40,217 nucleotides of DNA. Source: Dimargaris cristalligena. Taxonomy: Eukaryota. The DNA is taken from the NCBI GenBank assembly GCA_003614675.1, contig ML002341.1, positions 1-40,217 of the forward strand. Reading direction: 5' to 3'. The position numbers and the translations under genes are program-made. The notes beneath the pieces were generated by a model. It made no database searches. It was not told the origin of the DNA and saw only the letters and a list, made by a program, of their open reading frames with translations. This document shows positions 34,639-40,217 of this stretch, one piece after another (the stretch's first letter is position 1; each line of letters opens with the position of its first letter).

Positions 34639-35680
34639 CACAACCATTGAGGGTGTATCCACCATTACCTAATCCGGCAAAGCCCGCCTGTACATTTATA
34701 TTTATCGAAATTAGCCCAAACTATACGAGTTGACCCTTAGTCGCTTTTTATTTTAGTAGTTATCAAAGGATAGCCCATAGTAATTTAATTATTTTTTACT
34801 GACGAGATTATAAATTTTTAAAAAAGGATATCTACCTGTTGAACAGAACTAGGCACATACAGGGAGATAAAATACGTTCATTTTAGTAATACACAAGGAT
34901 GTCTAAACTACAAATGAAAGTGTTTGTGGGTGTCACTCAGGTTTGACACGGACCACCCGAACTACCTCATGTATTTTTGAGTATATAACCATTGGAGGTA
35001 TCTTCAAGCCGGTGTTTTGGGCCTACTTCGTCAGGATTATACACTGACCGGGAGAGTAGTTTATATAGAGCATTTGTGAGCTATAAAATGCCAACAGGCG
35101 ACTAATAGACAGGGCAGTAAACCATTCGAATAGTACATTAATATATCGTAGGGGGCAACATGCCTTCCTGTAGGTCCAGCCTTAGACCAGCAAGCTCTTA
35201 TTTCGTAAATGCTAGTTTGGAAAAATAGAGTGTCAATTGCCGGGGTAATTGAGGAGCCGATGCACTGGTGTTTTTAGCAGGACCGTTGGGGGCTCTTTTT
35301 GCCATTAGAGTAGCCCCTGTCGCGCCGACATTATAGTGGTTCACCCAAGGGAGTTCGCTCAATGGTTGTGCTATTCCTCCCCCCTAACTTCGTGTAGCCC
35401 TGAGTCAAAATTGATTGAAAAGGGGAACTCTAGAAATCCAAATGACTTATCCGCCCAAGAACATAACTCACCTTGTATTACATATATTGGAAGAGAGTCC
35501 CCTATTGTCCATTAGATTTCGTTGCGCAAGGGGGTTCATATACTGAGAACCCGCCACACCAGGCCCCTAACTTTAAGGACCCTTGTTTTGCCGTGACCCC
35601 AATTATGAACATTTTTCATATGGGTAACGACTCGTGGTTAACTCGGGCTCCCCTTTTACCAAGCTCAAGTAAACGCCGAC

Positions 35681-35687
35681 TATAAAA
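35681..35687 (+). promoter_or_regulatory. Candidate TATA box of the orphan gene
   Basis: TATAAAA about 205 nt upstream of ATG 35892, followed by a pyrimidine-rich leader. Confidence 0.4.
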
Positions 35688-35891
35688 TCTACCCCTCCGC
35701 CCGCTTTCCGGCTGGTAGGTTATCTTCCCCGATTCCCCCTTCTCCTTTGTTTACCATTTTTTTTAATAATCCAGACCATTATTTATTGTCGATTAACGTC
35801 CCTCTATTGAGGCGTACCTCCTTACTTTAACCCACGTCCCCGCAGTCTTTAGCACCTTACCCTGATCCTATATCACCCACTGTGAGGCAAC

Positions 35892-37431
35892 ATGCGTCTT
35901 GGCGAAATTATCTATCCTCTGCTGGCCACTCATTTCACGGCCTTCAACTCACCGCTTAATCCCACCAAACAATCGCCTAATGCATCGGAAGCCAAATGGG
36001 TCAAGCAATTTCTCGCGTTGCCAGATTTGGTGCGAAATCCGGCCGCAGATGTTATTGTCAAGCAGTTGTCCCTGTCAGCCTATGTCTGGTGGGCCCCCGC
36101 GCTATTAAACACGAGCCCCAAAGATTTGCCCCTGCTCAACGAAAAGGTAAGCACAACTGAATTAGTTCATATTTCACTATCACCTGCATTATACCACCCT
36201 AAAATTTTCATGCATGCTTTTCGAACGGTTATGCCCAAACTATGGCATATGACATGCCCCCCATCCAACGAATACCCAAGCTGTCCTAGACGAATGGGTA
36301 TATCCACTAATTTCACTACATGTGCCGCTCTTGGCCTACTTACTAATGCGATTCTGGTGGATGGTAAGCTACTGCTACATTGATTTGAATTGTGCCTAGG
36401 CCAACACTTTTGTAGACCAATCTGTTAAATATTTCAATCCCGAATCAAACCGATTGGTCGATAGTCAGAAATTTATGGATATCTGGTTGGCCGGAATCCC
36501 GCTGGAGGCTACTAATGCCATAGTGGAAGGTTTATCGGGAAGTATAGACGAAAAACGGCGAAGTGTTTTGAAAATATTGGGGAGAGGGCTCGGGCTGAAA
36601 AGCCACCCTGACAAAATTGTTGGTCTAAATATCGGGAACCCTCTATTCACCCGCGCCAATTGGAAATACGTTAATTTGGCTAAGATTGGGCTCTTGGAAT
36701 TCACTCGACACTTCCCGCTGGCCCAGGCGGCGACCGCTAACCTGTTAGGTCTAATTGTCACTCTGAAGCCTGCCAAGGACCTGGATACCAATATCATTTG
36801 GGAAACTCGGGTAGCGTTAAACCAATCGGATTTTGAGGTGTATATCGGGGATCAGGTGAAACTTCAGCTTGACCTTAAATTGACCTACCCAAGAAGTGCC
36901 TCAACCTTTCTTTGCGTGGCACTCTGGCACCTTTATCATACCGGACAAGAAAAGGAGATCCTAGAATATATCAACGGACCTGTTATTGTTTTAGAACGAT
37001 CACGCGAAATTCGAAAGAACGATGCGCTTAGGGGCTCTCTAAATTTTTTGTTGACTCTGGCAGCGATTAACCATGACGAACCCATAATCAAAGCAATTAA
37101 CGAACGCTGGATTATATCGACTACCATAACGATTTATGATTTCAACGAAATACATAGTGATTATCATACGGTTTTGACGGATTGTATGCGTACCAACGGC
37201 CTCGATAAACACGCAAAATACCTCGAAACGTTATGGGATCTTCCCCTTATGCCCAGACCCCAAAACTCGGCCTTCTGCACAGAATTTATGTTCGGCAGCG
37301 ACTGGGTTTGGATCGAGCCAAATGGCGATGTTCTCTTGGCCCACTATGCGCGACAGTTTGTTTTCGATGAAAGCGCCACAATTAATGTTTCAGTCTATAA
37401 TAAGGTGCTTCCAATTATGAATTTTTTATAG
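35892..37431 (+). CDS. Hypothetical protein, 2 exons, 428 aa, no recognised domain
   Basis: Exon 35892-36146 (AAG|GTAAGC) joins exon 36400-37431 (cctag|), both phase 0, linking ORFs 35892 and 36454 in frame. The 1032-nt open second exon is unlikely by chance. The N-terminus is only weakly signal-peptide-like. Confidence 0.75.
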
Positions 37432-37776
37432 CGACTCTAGGATGGAGATTATGGACAAGCAACTACCAGTGGCAAGCCAACCCCTACAACTATCCCTTTT
37501 GCAGTCTAGTGGGGACCTTTTTTTATGTACACTTGTAAATCTATCTATAAAGACTTTTAAATGAATGTCTCGAGTAATGCCTTCCGGAGAAGCAGTGTGC
37601 GGGTTGGCCCAAGTGCACCGAAGGTTCACGCATACAGCGAGTGGTGCGCTGGTAGTGTAGTGCCATCCAGAGGTCGGTACTTATCCCCAGACTATGGGCA
37701 GCCAGTCCTCATTGTCAGAGGGCGGAATATGCCATGACATGCAATGGCAGTATCACTCCCACTATTTACCCATGAA

Positions 37777-37800
37777 TATATATATATATATATATATATA
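37777..37800. repeat. (TA)12 microsatellite
   Basis: Read directly from the sequence. Confidence 0.9.
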
Positions 37801-38254
37801 CCGCCTATACTGTGGCATACACAAAAGCTAACAAAAATATTATTCATTCCTTTATACTCGTGGTTTGCATTAAAAAGCCCACCATTTTTTCCTTGCTTCT
37901 AAAAGTCTGACCTATTTTTCGGTGGATTCCCGGTTATTCCATCTTGTTCCATTTCTTGACCTTTCTCTACATCCTTTTTCTTGCACCTAACAGCCCCTAA
38001 GGCCCTCGGGATGGCTACATAAGTAACCAGCGAACCCCCACTTGTTTGAGAAAAAAATCATCACTCGTTTTATTTCAAACTCAAATTCCACAATTCCTTG
38101 AACTCAGTCCCGATTTTTTTATTAATTATTTCTTATTTGTTAAACACCACTGTTTCTTATATTTATTTTCAATAAAACTCTTGTGTTACTCATTATATCC
38201 TCCCCCCATCCTCCGTCCAACCCACTGACCACTCACCCCCTCCAAAAACCCACC

Positions 38255-38431
38255 ATGTCAATGTCCAATTCTGCCCTGGTCTCATCCCACTCCACAAACC
38301 TCCCGACTTCTGCCACCAAGGAGCTGGCTGCCATGACTTCAGGCCATGTTGATAAGGAGGCTACTACCTCCTCACGAATCCCGAAGGCTGATAACAACAG
38401 GCCGGATGTCCCAGGTAGTACAGTAGTGTAG
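38255..38431 (+). CDS. Possible small ORF (58 aa, S/T-rich)
   Basis: ccaccATG context after a roughly 230-nt pyrimidine-rich leader with no ATG. No homology recognised. Confidence 0.2.
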   Translation: MSMSNSALVSSHSTNLPTSATKELAAMTSGHVDKEATTSSRIPKADNNRPDVPGSTVV

Positions 38432-38829
38432 GGTACTATTTTAATATAGGAAGATAGATACTTTAAGGTGGGGAATGTATAATTTTTTTTAGCTCTTAGT
38501 CATAGTGTAGGAATAAATTGAACTAATAGACAGTGAACACAAAAGAGAATGATGTCTATTTTCGTAAATGATAAAATGGTCGAACACAGTAATTGTTCCT
38601 CTCTAACGATATTTTGACACCAGCTTTATAAATATTATAGTCCTAGTCCCTTCATTTATTATGTGGCAATTAATTAAAGCCAACTTCGCACTCAAACTGC
38701 GAGCAGCCATTATGCTGTGATGGATAGGCTAAAAATTGCATTCTAAGGCATCTCCACCCATAAACACACATGTTCTATTTCTGGCATGATATAAATGTAA
38801 TTTTGGCCACTTTACTATTAATTGGTCGT

Positions 38830-40217
38830 TCTGAAGTGAGAATAGCCCAGTAGCACTCTTGAACCACTTTTTTTTTGCATTACCCCCTGTGTTTTATGGC
38901 TGTTACTACTTTATTTTATTATTTTTAGCAATTACACAATAAGTTTCATACTTACCCACCTTGCTATACTAGCTAGTGGGTTCCTACTGTTCCAAACTAA
39001 GGGTTACACTCTACCCCAATAATCTAGCTACCAGCCCAGTGAATATTGGAGTTTCTGCTGGTAGGGAACTAACCCCATTGGCTATAGACCACACCCATTA
39101 TCCAAATCCCAAAGTATAGACACCCAGGGCTGGAGTCGAACAATACGTAATTCAAAATGTGTCTAGCATGAACCAGATATTAGCCACATTAGTATTGACA
39201 GTTTGCTGGGGGGTGAAGGTAAGCAATTCCCACTAAAGAAAGAGAATGCTGGTCCCATTAAATACAGTTGAATCAATTTATTGATCAAGAAAATACTTGA
39301 TGAGGACAGTTACAAATGGTTCAAATGCTGAAATGATGAATCCCAGATTCACGAAATTATATAGATATATGGGATGGGTATAATTCAAAGTATGCTGACA
39401 AGATGGGCATTTTAAAGGCAGGGGGAAATAAAATGGAGAAGGTGTGAAAGATGTGCCTGCCCGCCTCACAGGAGTGATTAAGGCCCAATATCTGGATAAT
39501 GTGGACTAGTATTATGATAGCCAATAGACTTTCAATACTTGCCGATGCAATGCAATCAATGACAACTAGCTGCTGCTTATCAAGTGTATGCCAGCTAGAT
39601 GATATTGGTGCTAGGGAGCTAACTTTGGTCAGGGATTAGGGCAGGAACTTGGATAGCTTCAGTAGACTGTCCCTTCATGGGAGTTCCACTGGACTTTCCC
39701 TTCACGAGGGCTTTGACTTTACTACCCATATGCCTCATGCCACTAGCAATTCTGCTGTCCGTACTCTTTGTGAGGTTTTTGATAGTACCAGCAGTGTTAC
39801 CAGCCACAGCTTTGAGGTTTGCCCTGGATATTACTTTCATTTACTTCATTTTTTGAGTAACTAAATTTTGGCTACTCATTTTCAAACTGTTCACAACTAT
39901 CCATCCATCCTTTTTGACCCATTGGGCACCTGCAAGACTGCCTGAAATGACACCCCAACTGTCTGACCCATTACTGGAACAATGATTATGTGGACACTGT
40001 GACAATCTGTTCAACACTCCACCAATTTCATGAGTATTTTGAAATTAGCATCTCAGATCTGAGATCTCATTCAAATTTTGAAATTTGAACTTTAACTTGG
40101 TGATTTCAACCACATTACTACCATATGACTGTGATGACTGGCCCACTATGCCCCCACTCAAACTGGTGCTAGTGCTATAGCTGAGCTTGAGAAAAGACTG
40201 GAAGTTCTGGAAAGAGA
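38830..40217. other. CpG-depleted block, probably a decayed repeat, transposon or gene relic
   Basis: I counted only 7 CpG in about 1.39 kb and none after 39761. TpG/CpA is abundant and the reading frames are broken. Confidence 0.5.

Noticed and set aside
39619-39864. Two short opposite-strand ORFs (73 and 71 aa)
   Set aside because: They lie inside the CpG-depleted decayed block and carry no recognisable motif.

Overview
This is eukaryotic DNA with GT-AG spliceosomal introns of about 150-340 nt. Gene content and intron style suggest a non-Dikarya, early-diverging fungus, possibly Zoopagomycota (inference, not confirmed). I built exon models by hand and checked phase and length for eight genes: a small secreted D/E-rich repeat protein (-), HBS1 (-), a Sestrin (-), a PAP2/DPP1-type lipid phosphate phosphatase (+), a ZFAND1/Cuz1-type AN1 zinc-finger protein (-), DDX42 (+), a PX-domain SGK3-like AGC kinase (+) and an orphan two-exon gene (+). 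The main signal is inside HBS1: its oversized 'intron 4' hides a phase-compatible alternative exon carrying Ski7-like motifs (PFGFDQPSRDDIVANAQ). That exon can either end in a stop or splice on to the GTPase exons, and it is broken by a one-base frameshift at a 10-nt homopolymer. Other points of interest are a Sestrin with an altered leucine/GATOR2 pocket and a long ATG-poor leader carrying uORFs, a 10-kb gene-free interval, and a strongly CpG-depleted right end. I recognised no rRNA, tRNA, CRISPR array or intact mobile element. All family assignments come from by-eye motif recognition; no searches were run.
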